A stretch of DNA of 64,000 nucleotides from Candidatus Cloacimonadales bacterium (GCA_963663475.2 CAXXJV010000001.1:1600001-1664000); one strand, 5' to 3'. Counted from the first letter of the stretch, positions 11,355 through 21,730 are shown. The notes: a model not told the origin generated them from the letters alone. Made by a program: numbers and translations.

Positions 11355-11753
11355 ATGGACACTTTAAGATTAGCTATTGCAAGTAACGATGGACTAGGTT
11401 TGAATAAAGAGCATTTTGGTGATTCTCACTATTATTATATTTATGAAGTTAATGAGAATGACTATAAGTTTATTAAAAGAATTTCTAATCAAGCAAAGAA
11501 TATTATTGAGGAGAAACATGCAGATCCGCTAAAAGCTGGGGGAGTAACCAAAGTTTTGCAGGAGCATAATATTCAGCTTGTAGGATCTGGAGTATTTGGA
11601 CCTAACATTAAAAGGATTAACAAGAAGTTTGTTTGTATTCTCTTTGGTAAAGGACAGCTAGAAGACAACTTATCTAAGGTTGTTCTCAACTTTGCAGAAA
11701 TCAATAAAAAGTGGTTAGAGGGAGAAGATAGACAGCATTTACGCCTTGATTAG
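11355..11753 (+). CDS. NifB/NifX family (FeMo-cofactor-binding-like) protein
   Basis: LAIAS.DG...EHFG.S.YYYIYE and GPN motifs. Confidence 0.8.
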   Translation: MDTLRLAIASNDGLGLNKEHFGDSHYYYIYEVNENDYKFIKRISNQAKNIIEEKHADPLKAGGVTKVLQEHNIQLVGSGVFGPNIKRINKKFVCILFGKGQLEDNLSKVVLNFAEINKKWLEGEDRQHLRLD

Positions 11754-11799
11754 TTTTATTATTATAAATAAAGAATATTATAAAAAGGAAATAACAATA

Positions 11800-13164
11800 A
11801 TGGAAAAGTATGATGTATTAGTTATTGGAGGTGGACCAGCAGGGGTTACACTAGCCAAATTATTAGGAAAGCAAAAACGGGTAGCTATTATTAGACCAGA
11901 GGATTACAGCATGATTTATTGTGCTATGCCTTATGCAGTGGAAGGTATTATTGATATTGAAAAGACTTTTAAGAAAGATTCAATTGTCACAGATGCAGGA
12001 GCAGATTTAATAAGATCGTCTGTTAGTAAGGTTGATTTTTCCAAGAAAGAAGTTTATACTGAAGCTGGCGAGATATTCACTTATGATAAACTAGTTATTG
12101 CTACAGGGGCTAACCCCTTCATTCCCAATATTCCAGGGGCTGATTTAGAGGGAATTACAGGTTTCAAAACTGAAAAAAATATGCGTCTCATAATGGATAA
12201 TATTAATCAGGGTTTGGAAAGAGCAGTAGTTATAGGTGCTGGAGCAATTGGTATAGAATTAGCCTTGTCTTTGAATCAGAAGGGCTTGACGGTTGATTTA
12301 GTTGATATGGCTACAACATTACTTCCAAATTTATTGGATCCTGAGATGTCTGAATTAATTTATGAAGAAGTAATTAGACAGGGGATAAATGTTCATCTTC
12401 AAGCAAGAGTAGAAGAACTAAAAGGGAAACAATATGTCCAGCAAGTGCATCTAAATAATGGGCAAATCATTCATTTTGATTCTATTGAAGATTGTAATAT
12501 CACCAATAAAGAAGAGTTTAAAGGAATGGTAATCTTTGCTACAGGTATGAAGGCACATGTTGATTTATTTGCAGAAACTAGCTTAGAAGTAGGCAAGGAT
12601 GGAATAATTGTTAATGATAAGATGGAAACAAACATAGAAGATGTATATGCAGTAGGTGACTGCACTGAGTTTTATAGTGGAATTACAGCAAGAAGGGTTT
12701 CTGGTAAATTAGCAACTAATGCAGTCCCAATGGCTAAGGTCTTAGGATTTAATTTATTAGGGCAGTCAAGAAGCTACAGTGGTTTCTACAATGGAGCTGC
12801 AACCAAAGCTGGCAAATATTTCGTAGGGGGAACTGGCTTGTCTGAAAGGATTGCGAAAGATGCAGGTTATGATATAGTAACTGCCTATAGCGAAGTAACA
12901 TCTAAGTTTCCTATAATGCCTGGTGCTAAGAAAATTCATCTTAAACTGATAGTGGAGAAAGCAAGTAAAAGACTTTTAGGTGCCCAGCTTCTAGCTGAAG
13001 AACCAGTAACAGATAAAATTGATACTCTAACCTTAGCTATTCAAAACAAATTTACAGTTGAGCAACTAAGCCAGCTAAGTTATTCTTCTCAACCATACCA
13101 AAGCTATTATCCAGCTGCCAACTTGCTAGTTTTAGCTGCTGAAGAAGCGCTTAAACCCAAATAA
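11800..13164 (+). CDS. FAD-dependent pyridine nucleotide-disulfide oxidoreductase (NADH oxidase/CoA-disulfide reductase-like)
   Basis: GGGPAG, YCAMPY redox Cys, ATGA, GAGAIG, TNIEDVYAVGD; AAGGA RBS before ATG 11800. Confidence 0.85.
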   Translation: MEKYDVLVIGGGPAGVTLAKLLGKQKRVAIIRPEDYSMIYCAMPYAVEGIIDIEKTFKKDSIVTDAGADLIRSSVSKVDFSKKEVYTEAGEIFTYDKLVIATGANPFIPNIPGADLEGITGFKTEKNMRLIMDNINQGLERAVVIGAGAIGIELALSLNQKGLTVDLVDMATTLLPNLLDPEMSELIYEEVIRQGINVHLQARVEELKGKQYVQQVHLNNGQIIHFDSIEDCNITNKEEFKGMVIFATGMKAHVDLFAETSLEVGKDGIIVNDKMETNIEDVYAVGDCTEFYSGITARRVSGKLATNAVPMAKVLGFNLLGQSRSYSGFYNGAATKAGKYFVGGTGLSERIAKDAGYDIVTAYSEVTSKFPIMPGAKKIHLKLIVEKASKRLLGAQLLAEEPVTDKIDTLTLAIQNKFTVEQLSQLSYSSQPYQSYYPAANLLVLAAEEALKPK

Positions 13165-13316
13165 TGCAGTAGACCTTTGTGAATAGCACTATATTCTTCT
13201 GCAAAAGTAACTTCCATAATTTCTCCGAATATATAAATTATATGCGTCAAAATTCTGTAAGCTATTTTGCTAGAATAATCTGCACTCTTCACTAAAGCTC
13301 TACTACACTATCTGGG
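13156..13316 (+). mobile_element. MITE family A copy 1 (161 bp)
   Basis: Imperfect TIRs cccaaataatgcagtaga / tctactacactatctggg; 5-bp TSD TTAAA at 13151-13155 and 13317-13321. Confidence 0.9.
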
Positions 13317-13360
13317 TTAAAAAAATATCATAGAAATTCTTTACATCTCAGATAAATAAT

Positions 13361-13417
13361 CCCAAAGAATGCAGTAGTTTTTTGCCAATAATGCTAAATT
13401 CTACTGCATCATTAGGG
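13361..13417. repeat. miniature derivative of MITE A (TIRs only)
   Basis: cccaaagaatgcagtag ... ctactgcatcattaggg. Confidence 0.65.
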
Positions 13418-13421
13418 ATGA

Positions 13422-13466
13422 AAACCTGAACTATAAGATTTCAAGTAAGATCTTAAGTTCAGGTTT
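13422..13466. terminator. hairpin between convergent genes, probable terminator
   Basis: aaacctgaact...agttcaggttt stem. Confidence 0.5.
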
Positions 13467-13486
13467 CTTTCTACTTGTAATATAGA

Positions 13487-14383
13487 CTATTTGAGCTTTC
13501 CCTTTATTTTGTCTAGGGAAAGATTGTATTTAGCAAAATGCTTACTTAAATCATTAACAATATTTTCAGTTATACTTGGATTATAGAAATTTGCAGTACC
13601 TATGGCAACTAAAGAAGCACCAGCATAGATAAATTCTAAGACATCAAGATAAGTTTCTGCTCCACCCATAGCAAGTATAGGAATATCTACAGCTTGGGCT
13701 ACCCTATAGACATTTGCAAGGGCCACAGGTTTAATAGCAGAACCTGAATAACCACATAATCTTCTCTTTATTCTGGATTTACCAGTCATTGGATCAATAG
13801 CCATTCCTAAGAGAGTATTAATCAAAGCTAAAGAATCTGCTCCACCTTCCTTAGCTGCTTGAGCTATCTCTAATATATTAGTAACGTTAGGTGTTAACTT
13901 AATAATCAATTCTTTATCTGTTAGCTTTCTTAGTTTTGCGGTCAAGTCTTTAACAACTTTTGCATCAACCCCAAAGGCTATTCCTTCATTTTCTACATTA
14001 GGACAAGAAACATTGACTTCATAACCAGCAATTGATTTGACACTTTCTAACCTGCTAAGAACTTGGACAAACTCCTCTTGAGTAGAACCTGAAAAAGAGA
14101 CTATTAAGGGAGTATCATATTTATCATAATAAGGAATAGTCTCAGTGATAAATTTCTCAACACCAGGGTTTTGCAGTCCAATTGAGTTTAATAATCCCCA
14201 CTCAGTTTCATATAGTCGGGGAGAAGGATTACCAGCTTTTCTTTCCTTGGTAATAGTCTTAGTAACAATTGCTCCTAGCTTATTGAAATCAACATAGTCA
14301 CTCATTTCCTGACCAAAGGTGCCTGACGCAGTTGTTATAGGATTCCTAAACTCTAACTTATTAAGCTTAGTCTTTAGATTCAT
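13487..14383 (-). CDS. pyrD: dihydroorotate dehydrogenase family 1B catalytic subunit
   Basis: ASGTFG, GNPSPRLYET, LNSIGLQNPG, NVSCPNV, KLTPNV; TAATG coupling to pyrK. Confidence 0.93.
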   Translation of the reverse strand: MNLKTKLNKLEFRNPITTASGTFGQEMSDYVDFNKLGAIVTKTITKERKAGNPSPRLYETEWGLLNSIGLQNPGVEKFITETIPYYDKYDTPLIVSFSGSTQEEFVQVLSRLESVKSIAGYEVNVSCPNVENEGIAFGVDAKVVKDLTAKLRKLTDKELIIKLTPNVTNILEIAQAAKEGGADSLALINTLLGMAIDPMTGKSRIKRRLCGYSGSAIKPVALANVYRVAQAVDIPILAMGGAETYLDVLEFIYAGASLVAIGTANFYNPSITENIVNDLSKHFAKYNLSLDKIKGKLK

Positions 14384-15129
14384 TAGTCTTGCTCCCATAC
14401 TATCTCTTGTGCATTAAAAACAGGTCCATCTTTACAAACTCTTTTATACAAAGGTTGAGAATCAGCAGATACCACTTCTACAGCACAACCATAGCAAACT
14501 CCAATCCCACAAGCCATATACTCTTCCAAGGATACTTCTAAGGGAATAGAATAATCATTGAGAATTTTAGCAACTGCCTTGAGCATAGGGTTTGGACCAC
14601 AACTATAAGCTATGTCAAATTTCTGATTCTTAAGTATATCAACTAAATCTGAAGTAACTAATCCCTTTTCTCCCACAGAACCATCTTCAGTGTAGGGATG
14701 GTCACAAGGGAAAATATCAGACTCGCATCTTCCACCATGAATCCATGTAACTTGGCAATTAATCAGTTTATCTTTTAAAAACCGGAGGGGAGGATAACCA
14801 ACTCCTCCGGAGATTAGTAGGACTGTTTTGTTTTTTGCAAGGGTAAAAGTATTTCCAAGTGGACCTAGTATGTCTAGTTCCATGTTTGCTTTAGCTTGAG
14901 CTAAGATTCTTGTTCCTTGACCTAAAATCTTGATAAAGAGGGTAAAAGAAGTTTCATCAGCTTGATAGACGCTGATAGGAATACCTAGTCTTTGTCCAGG
15001 AACTTCCTGAGCCAGCTTTACTGTTACAAACTGACCTGGTTGAAAGTCTGCCTCTATCCCTTCTTTACTAAATTTTAAGAGGTAATAATCTTTATTTAAT
15101 CTTGTGTTTTCTAATAATCTAACTTTCAT
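14383..15129 (-). CDS. pyrK: dihydroorotate dehydrogenase electron transfer subunit
   Basis: GPLGN, GGVGYPP, CGP, MACGIGVCYGC...RVCKDGPVF 2Fe-2S motif. Confidence 0.92.
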   Translation of the reverse strand: MKVRLLENTRLNKDYYLLKFSKEGIEADFQPGQFVTVKLAQEVPGQRLGIPISVYQADETSFTLFIKILGQGTRILAQAKANMELDILGPLGNTFTLAKNKTVLLISGGVGYPPLRFLKDKLINCQVTWIHGGRCESDIFPCDHPYTEDGSVGEKGLVTSDLVDILKNQKFDIAYSCGPNPMLKAVAKILNDYSIPLEVSLEEYMACGIGVCYGCAVEVVSADSQPLYKRVCKDGPVFNAQEIVWEQD

Positions 15130-15155
15130 CTGAATTAATCCTATCCCTAATTAAA

Positions 15156-16436
15156 CTAATTACTAGCATCTGCTTGCCAGGTAATTCTGCCTTCACAGAT
15201 AGTATATTCAATTTTTCCTTTAAGTGTTTGATTTATATAAGGGGTGTTGATAGACTTAGAAAGCATGTTATCGTTAGTAAATGAAATATCAGCATCTAAA
15301 TCAATAATATTTAAATCAGCTAAATAGCCTTCTTGGATTTTTCCAGTTTTGATTCCTAAGAATTGAGCTGGTTTCTCGCTCATTGCTTTTACAAGACAAG
15401 GTAAATCAAGAACTTCTTCTTTAAGTAAGAAGGTATTTAAAGAAGCAAATGCAGTCTCAAAACCATTAATTCCAAATGGTGCAATATTATACTCTCTTTC
15501 TTTTTCGTAGTCTGAATGAGGAGCATGATCTGTTGCTATATAATCTATAGTTCCATCTTTCAAACCTGCAATACAAGCTAGTCTGTCTGCTTCTCTTCTG
15601 AGAGGTGGTTTAACTTTAGTGTTTGTATCAAAACCATAGACAGCATCTTCGTTCATAGTTAAATGATGAGGGGTAACTTCACAAGTAATAGCAACTCCAT
15701 CCGCCTTAGCTTTTCTGACTAACTCAATACCTTTAGAGGTTGAAATATGAGCAATGTGTAATCTAACTCCAATACTTTCTGCTAACATAATATCACGAGC
15801 AATAATGATTTCTTCTGCTAAACCAGGAATACCACCAAGTCCTAGCTGACTTGATATCTTACCTGCATTAACTAAACCAGAACCTGCTAAATTATAATCT
15901 TCAGCATGAACAATTACTGGTAGGTCAAAATTGTAAGCATATTTCATACAATTTTGAGCAAGTTTAGCATTTTGTACACATCCTCCATCATCAGAAACAG
16001 CTACTATTCCACCTTCTTTCATTATTGCATATTCAGAGATTTCTTTGCCTTCTGAACCCTTAGTCATTGCTCCAATTACTTTAACTTTACACTTTCCTAA
16101 ATCAGCTGCTTTCCTTTGGATATATTCAACAGTAGCAATATTATCAACAACAGGATAGGTATTTGGCATAGCACAGATAGTTGTGAAACCACCTTTGGCT
16201 GCAGCTGCTGTACCTGTTACTATATCTTCTTTATGAGTCTGACCAGGATCTCTAAGATGAGCATGTAAATCGATAAATCCTGGAAGTAGAACCTTATTTT
16301 CAGCATCAATAATCTTGTCTGCTGGCTCTTGGATTACATCTGCAATTTGGATAATTTCTTTATCTTCAATTAAAATATCTTTTTGTACAAGTTGACCATC
16401 AATAAAAGCTTTTCCATTAGTAATTAATATTCGCAT
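15156..16436 (-). CDS. pyrC: dihydroorotase
   Basis: PGFIDLHAHLRDPG, MPNT, CEVTPHHL, KVKPPLR, ATDHAPH. Confidence 0.95.
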   Translation of the reverse strand: MRILITNGKAFIDGQLVQKDILIEDKEIIQIADVIQEPADKIIDAENKVLLPGFIDLHAHLRDPGQTHKEDIVTGTAAAAKGGFTTICAMPNTYPVVDNIATVEYIQRKAADLGKCKVKVIGAMTKGSEGKEISEYAIMKEGGIVAVSDDGGCVQNAKLAQNCMKYAYNFDLPVIVHAEDYNLAGSGLVNAGKISSQLGLGGIPGLAEEIIIARDIMLAESIGVRLHIAHISTSKGIELVRKAKADGVAITCEVTPHHLTMNEDAVYGFDTNTKVKPPLRREADRLACIAGLKDGTIDYIATDHAPHSDYEKEREYNIAPFGINGFETAFASLNTFLLKEEVLDLPCLVKAMSEKPAQFLGIKTGKIQEGYLADLNIIDLDADISFTNDNMLSKSINTPYINQTLKGKIEYTICEGRITWQADASN

Positions 16437-16444
16437 GTTTCCTC

Positions 16445-17383
16445 CTATGCCTGTCCACCTAAGATTAAGAAAAGAAGTGCCATTCTTACAGCAACACCAT
16501 TTGTAACTTGGTCAAGAATTACAGATTGTTTTGAATCAGCAATTTCAGGTAATATTTCAATACCTCTATTCATAGGACCTGGATGCATAACTAAAGCATC
16601 TGGTTTAGCCCATTTAAGAGTTTGTTTTGATAATGAATAATATTTAGTATATTCTTCTAAACTTGGGAAAAGTCCGTCTTTTTGCCTTTCTAATTGCATT
16701 CTAAGACCCATTACAGCATCAGCACCAGTAAGAGCTTTTTTTAAATCATACTCAACATTACAACCGTAAATCTCTTCCATTTTTCCTGGCATAAGAGTCC
16801 TAGGAGCACATACTGTTACTTCTGCACCTAACTTTTTCATACCGATTAGATTAGATCTCACAACTCTACTGTGGGCAATATCACCTACGATAGTAACTTT
16901 CATTCCATCTAGACTTCCTCTTTTCTCCCAGATTGAATAAATATCTAAGAGTGCTTGTGTGGGATGTGCATGACGACCATCTCCGCCATTAAGAACAGGT
17001 TTGCCAGTGTACTTATGAACCATTTGTGGTGAACCAGGATAAGAATGTCTTATGATATAAGCATCTATTCCCATGGCATCAAGAGTTAAAACTGTATCTT
17101 GTAAGCTTTCACCTTTGGATAGGGAAGAGGTGTTAGCAGAAAAAGAAACTACATCTGCACTTAATCTGTGGGCTGCTAGTTCAAAAGACATTAAGGTTCT
17201 TGTAGAGTTTTCAAAGAAAAGTGTACATACAGTTTTTCCACGAAGGGTTGGGATTTTTTTATATGAACGAGAGTTAATCTCTTTCATAGCCTTGGTACTT
17301 TCCAAAATTTGGAGAATTTCTTCAGCACTATAATCATCTAAATCGAACATGTTACGGTTAACAAAATTAAACTCGTTTTGCAT
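16445..17383 (-). CDS. pyrB: aspartate carbamoyltransferase catalytic subunit
   Basis: FFENSTRT, HPTQALLD, GDIAHSRV, HPGPMNRG. Confidence 0.96.
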   Translation of the reverse strand: MQNEFNFVNRNMFDLDDYSAEEILQILESTKAMKEINSRSYKKIPTLRGKTVCTLFFENSTRTLMSFELAAHRLSADVVSFSANTSSLSKGESLQDTVLTLDAMGIDAYIIRHSYPGSPQMVHKYTGKPVLNGGDGRHAHPTQALLDIYSIWEKRGSLDGMKVTIVGDIAHSRVVRSNLIGMKKLGAEVTVCAPRTLMPGKMEEIYGCNVEYDLKKALTGADAVMGLRMQLERQKDGLFPSLEEYTKYYSLSKQTLKWAKPDALVMHPGPMNRGIEILPEIADSKQSVILDQVTNGVAVRMALLFLILGGQA

Positions 17384-17483
17384 AGGTACTCCTGTGATTT
17401 AATAGTGAAAAAGGGGAACAGTTGTCTTGTAATGGTTTTTTAGCAAGAGCTTGGTTAAAATTTAGGTCTTTAACTAATTTCAT
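17367..17483 (-). CDS. 38-aa leader ORF overlapping the pyrB start (MKLVKDLNFNQALAKKPLQDNCSPFSLLNHRSTYAKRV)
   Basis: Strong AAGGAG RBS before ATG 17483; stop lies 14-16 nt inside pyrB. Confidence 0.45.
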   Translation of the reverse strand: MKLVKDLNFNQALAKKPLQDNCSPFSLLNHRSTYAKRV

Positions 17484-17488
17484 TTGTT

Positions 17489-17520
17489 CTCCTTTCTGCC
17501 TCTCAGGGCAAGATTAAAGG
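17489..17520 (-). promoter_or_regulatory. PyrR-binding-loop-like RNA element
   Basis: CCUUUAAUCUUGCCCUGAGAGGCAGAAAGGAG resembles the CCUUUAA...CCnGnGAGGY...AAGG PyrR loop and lies upstream of the pyr operon. Confidence 0.75.
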
Positions 17521-17805
17521 TTTTTATTTACTAATAAAATTCAGTGGTAAGATTTGTCAAATAAAATATTTAGATTTTATCCTTAGGCTTGGTTAAGAGG
17601 GAAATCTTGATCTTGCTAGAATCTGCACTACTTGAGCAAAAAAAGCATCTTCCTCTCTAAAGCTCTATTGCACCATTGGGTTAAACCCCAATCATACATT
17701 AGGGTTAGAGCTAAGAAAGGAAAATGCTTACTCTCCATAAGAAACTTTTATTATAGAATGAAATACATTCTTTTAAGTTAGTTGTCTAAAATAATCTGAT
17801 ATTAA

Positions 17806-18270
17806 TTATTGAGCGTAGAAGTAAACTGCACCTTGGTTTTTCCCATCGTTAATTTCAGAGAAAAAGTTTTCATCCATTTCAATACTTAAATCTTTGGCAT
17901 CAGCATATTGGGCAGTAATTTTCACCTTATTATCGTCGCCAACTCTAAATTTAGCATAGTTATAGATATAGCCACCATAGTTAATTAGCTTACTTTGAGA
18001 AAAAACAACAAAAGCAGTAGGGTTACCGATTGACATTGGGGCAAAGTATTCCCAAACATCTACACCCATTCCACCAATAGCATTTGGGGCAGTTTTTTCT
18101 TCATTAGCTGAGATTAGTTTGCACTTACCATATTCAGCCACAACTCTTACATTTCTACCAGCTTTTAGGGCATCCATGAGTTCATCAAAGTTTTTTAACT
18201 GAGATGGTTTTGCTATAAGAGCAAGAGATACAATCATTAAGACAGTAATTAATATAATCTTCTTCATCAT
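17806..18270 (-). CDS. secreted VirK-family-like protein
   Basis: Signal peptide; L..FDELMDALKAGRNVRVV.EY.KC N-terminal pattern. Confidence 0.6.
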   Translation of the reverse strand: MMKKIILITVLMIVSLALIAKPSQLKNFDELMDALKAGRNVRVVAEYGKCKLISANEEKTAPNAIGGMGVDVWEYFAPMSIGNPTAFVVFSQSKLINYGGYIYNYAKFRVGDDNKVKITAQYADAKDLSIEMDENFFSEINDGKNQGAVYFYAQ

Positions 18271-18287
18271 ATTCCTCCAGAATTTTA

Positions 18288-18610
18288 CTCAAATAATGCA
18301 TTAGATCTTTGAGAATAGCAGAATCTTCTTTTGCAAAAGTAAGATGCATAATTTTTCCACATATATATAATGACCATAAATTATGTAAGCTATTATTTTA
18401 ACCCAAATAATGCAGTAGACCTTTGTGAACAGCACTATATTCTTCTGCAAAAGTAAGATCCATAATTTCTCCGAATATATAAAATATATGCGTCAAAATT
18501 CTGTAAGCTATTTTGCTAGAATAATCTGCACTCTTCACTAAAGCTCTACTACACTATCTGGGTTTAAAAGATACTACACTCTTCTCTAAAGCTCTACTGC
18601 ACCATTTAAG
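18288..18610 (+). mobile_element. degenerate MITE A copy interrupted by a younger MITE A copy
   Basis: ctcaaataatgcattagatctttg...tatgtaagctatt on the left and cactcttctctaaagctctactgcaccatt on the right are colinear with family A. Confidence 0.75.
18402..18562 (+). mobile_element. MITE family A copy 2 (161 bp)
   Basis: Near-identical to copy 1; TSD TTTAA on both sides. Confidence 0.9.
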
Positions 18611-18684
18611 TTTATATGAAAGAAAGATATATTAACAGTGTTAATCTGTCAATAATTTTCTACTCTCATCAAGATTTAACCAGA

Positions 18685-21261
18685 CTAATTCCTAAATAAA
18701 TAGCTTCCTTCTTGATAATCAACAGTGATTTGATTATTGTGGGTAATCTGACCTGCAATCAGCTTACTAGCCAGCCTGTTCTCAATCTCACGTTGAATAA
18801 CTCTTTTTAGAGGTCTAGCCCCAAATTGAGGGTCATAACCCTCATCTGCAATCTTGTCAATTAAGGCTGGAGTGAAGTCTAGTACCACTCTTTGATCTAA
18901 GAGTCTCTTCTTAAGATGCTTAAGATTTAATTCAACTATTTGCTTGATTTCTTCTCTATTTAGTTTTTGGAAGACAATTATTTCATCAAGTCTATTGATA
19001 AATTCAGGTTTAAAGTATTGATGAAGCAGAGGGAAAAGCTTATCTTTAAGGGAATCACTATCACTATTTTGGTCATCATATATCATCTGAGCTCCAATAT
19101 TGGAAGTGAGAATGATTATTGAGTTTTTAAAGTCAATAGTTCTACCTTGCCCATCTGTAAGTCTTCCATCATCAAATATCTGCAAGAGAATATTAAAGAC
19201 ATCTGGGTGTGCTTTTTCTATTTCATCGAATAAGATAACAGAGTAAGGTCTTCTTCTGACAGCTTCAGTCAGGTAGCCACCCTGATCATAGCCTACATAA
19301 CCAGGAGGTGCACCGATTAAGCGAGCAACAGAATGTTTTTCCATATATTCAGACATATCAACTCTAATAATGGCTCGATCTGTATCAAATAGGAAGTCTG
19401 CTAAGCTCTTAGCAAGTTCAGTTTTACCAACACCAGTAGGTCCTAAGAAGAGGAAGGTACCTATAGGTTTATTTTGGTCTGCAATACCAGATCTGGAACG
19501 TCTGATAGCGTTAGATAGAGCAGAAATACCTTCTTTTTGCCCAATAACCCTCTGTGATAGGATATCTTCCATTTTAATAAGCTTGGACATCTCATTTGTG
19601 AGAAGTTTTGTTACAGGAATATTTGTCCATTTTGCTACAATTTCAGCAATAATTTCTTCATCAACATTTTCTTTGAGAATTCTCTCTTCAGGTGGAATAG
19701 CTAGGAGTTTTTGTTTGTTGTTTTCCAGCTCTGTTTGCTTTTTAGGTAAGCTACCATATTTTAACTCAGCAGCTTTATTTAAGTCACCATTTCGTTCAGC
19801 TTTCTCTATGTCACTCTTAAGTTGGTCAAGTTCTTCAGAAGCTGTATTTAGACTATTCAAGAGCTCTTTTTCATAAGACCACTTTGCCTTGAGGTTATTT
19901 TGGCTATCTTTTAGGTTAGAAATCTCAACATCTATCTTGTGCTTTCTCTCTTTGGAGAGTTCATCCTTATCTTTTTTCATGGATAGTTTTTCAATTTCCA
20001 GCTGTTTAATTTTTCTTGCTAGTTCATCTAGTTCAGTAGGCATAGAATCAATTTCCATTTTAAGTTGGGCACAAGCTTCATCAACTAAATCAATAGCCTT
20101 GTCTGGTAAAAATCTATCAGTAATATATCTATTAGAAAGATAGGCTGCAGACACTAAGGCACCATCAGTAATTTGGACTCCATGGTGGATTTCATACTTA
20201 TCTTTAATACCTCTAAGAATTGAAATAGTGTCAGTTTCTGAAGGTTCCTTAACCATAACTGGTTGGAATCTTCTTTCCAAAGCTGGATCTTTTTCTATGT
20301 ATTTTCTATACTCATTAAGAGTTGTAGCTCCAACGCAATGAAGTGATCCTCTGGCTAAAGCTGGTTTTAGCATATTGGAAGCATCCATAGAACCTTCTGA
20401 AGCTCCAGCTCCCACAACTGTATGGATTTCATCTATAAAGAGAATTAGCTTTCCCTCATTACTCTCCACTTCCTTTAAGACAGCTTTAAGTCTATCCTCA
20501 AATTCACCTCGGTATTTAGCACCTGCAATTAATGAGGCCATGTCTAGTTCTAAAATCTCTTTATTTTTGAGATTTTCAGGAATATCACTATCAATTATTC
20601 TTTTAGCTAATCCTTCAATAATAGCTGTTTTACCTACACCTGGTTCGCCAATAAGAACAGGATTGTTTTTTCTTCTTCGGGAGAGAATTTGAATAACTCT
20701 TCTAATTTCTTCATCTCTACCGATAACAGGGTCTAGTTTTCCATTTTTAGCTAATTTGGTTAGATTACGAGTATATTTTTCTAAGGCTTGATATTTTACT
20801 TCTGGGTTTTCATCAGTAACTCTTTGATTGCCTCTAACCTCTTTTAAAGCTAGCATAACACTATCATAACTTATGCCATATCTCTTGAAAAGGGCTTGCA
20901 GTTTCTTGCTTTTAATAATTAAAGCTAGGAATAAATGTTCTACAGAAACGAAGTCATCTTGAAGTTTTTTTGCTTGTTTTTCAGCTTCTAAGAAGACCTC
21001 ACTTAGTTCTTTAGATATATAATTTTGATTTTGTCCTTGAACCTTAGGTAACTTATTAAGCTGATCATCAGCATCTCTGATGAAGTCTCTAAGTTCTACA
21101 TTGATTTTCTGTAGCAAGGGTATTATTAGAGATTCTTCAGTTTTCAAGAGAGAATTTAGTAGATGTATTTCATTTATTTCTTGGTGGGAATATTCATTAG
21201 CTAATCCAGAGAGATTATTAACGACTTCCCTTGATTTAATAGTATATTTTTCAAAATTCAT
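18685..21261 (-). CDS. clpB: ATP-dependent disaggregase ClpB
   Basis: Two AAA+ modules ([16 protein letters not shown]), long coiled-coil middle domain, 858 aa. Confidence 0.96.
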   Translation of the reverse strand: MNFEKYTIKSREVVNNLSGLANEYSHQEINEIHLLNSLLKTEESLIIPLLQKINVELRDFIRDADDQLNKLPKVQGQNQNYISKELSEVFLEAEKQAKKLQDDFVSVEHLFLALIIKSKKLQALFKRYGISYDSVMLALKEVRGNQRVTDENPEVKYQALEKYTRNLTKLAKNGKLDPVIGRDEEIRRVIQILSRRRKNNPVLIGEPGVGKTAIIEGLAKRIIDSDIPENLKNKEILELDMASLIAGAKYRGEFEDRLKAVLKEVESNEGKLILFIDEIHTVVGAGASEGSMDASNMLKPALARGSLHCVGATTLNEYRKYIEKDPALERRFQPVMVKEPSETDTISILRGIKDKYEIHHGVQITDGALVSAAYLSNRYITDRFLPDKAIDLVDEACAQLKMEIDSMPTELDELARKIKQLEIEKLSMKKDKDELSKERKHKIDVEISNLKDSQNNLKAKWSYEKELLNSLNTASEELDQLKSDIEKAERNGDLNKAAELKYGSLPKKQTELENNKQKLLAIPPEERILKENVDEEIIAEIVAKWTNIPVTKLLTNEMSKLIKMEDILSQRVIGQKEGISALSNAIRRSRSGIADQNKPIGTFLFLGPTGVGKTELAKSLADFLFDTDRAIIRVDMSEYMEKHSVARLIGAPPGYVGYDQGGYLTEAVRRRPYSVILFDEIEKAHPDVFNILLQIFDDGRLTDGQGRTIDFKNSIIILTSNIGAQMIYDDQNSDSDSLKDKLFPLLHQYFKPEFINRLDEIIVFQKLNREEIKQIVELNLKHLKKRLLDQRVVLDFTPALIDKIADEGYDPQFGARPLKRVIQREIENRLASKLIAGQITHNNQITVDYQEGSYLFRN

Positions 21262-21326
21262 ATTTTCCTCCTACAATGAATTATAGGTATAAAATAACTG
21301 AGAAGAGTAATATGTCAAATTATTTT

Positions 21327-21353
21327 TTAGCAGACTACTTGATTGTTTGCTAA
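21327..21353. promoter_or_regulatory. CIRCE-like (HrcA) operator upstream of clpB
   Basis: TTAGCAGAC-N9-GTTTGCTAA versus consensus TTAGCACTC-N9-GAGTGCTAA; minus-strand TTGACA at 21313-21318. Confidence 0.7.
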
Positions 21354-21547
21354 ATATTATTCAACCATCAAGTCATTCTTCCTAATAGCTTATCCTGAAA
21401 GAAGTAAAAATATTGCCCTTCTTTAAGTTTTCTGGTCATTTTATCAGGATTGCTTTTAGTTAAGATTGCCTCTTTAGTCGGACGATGGAGATTCTCTCCG
21501 AACCAAGCTGTAAGCTTGTTACTCTAAACAACAATCAATCAAATCAA

Positions 21548-21730
21548 TAAGGCGGAGAGAGTACACAATCCCCTTTCAGCTCTTTATCTACAACAAATAC
21601 AAATATTCCTAACACAGAGTTCACAGAGGTTAAGAGGAGTTTCACAGAGTTTTAAGAACTAAACTCTAATCTAAAAAACGCGACCCAATCCCATAACCGC
21701 TTGTCACCTGCGTAAACGCAGACTGGAATC
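21548..21730. repeat. mosaic of dispersed repeat modules shared with the 55.2-56.3 kb and 59.8-60.3 kb arrays
   Basis: aaggcggagagagtacacaatcccctttcagctc; aacacagagttcacagagg..gagtttcacagag; reverse-complement cgcgacccaatcccataaccgcttgt. Confidence 0.75.

Noticed and set aside
19370..21286. Plus-strand ORFs opposite clpB, and similar antisense ORFs over pyrB, the RND gene, MlaD and C25 genes
   Set aside because: Shadow ORFs antisense to well-supported genes
21477..21527. Fluoride (crcB) riboswitch suggested by ggacgatggag..ctcc
   Set aside because: Lacks the GCUrAUGAC 3' element and a downstream gene; resembles the hairpin-plus-caagc..gcttg repeats at about 48551-48596 and 55475-55513
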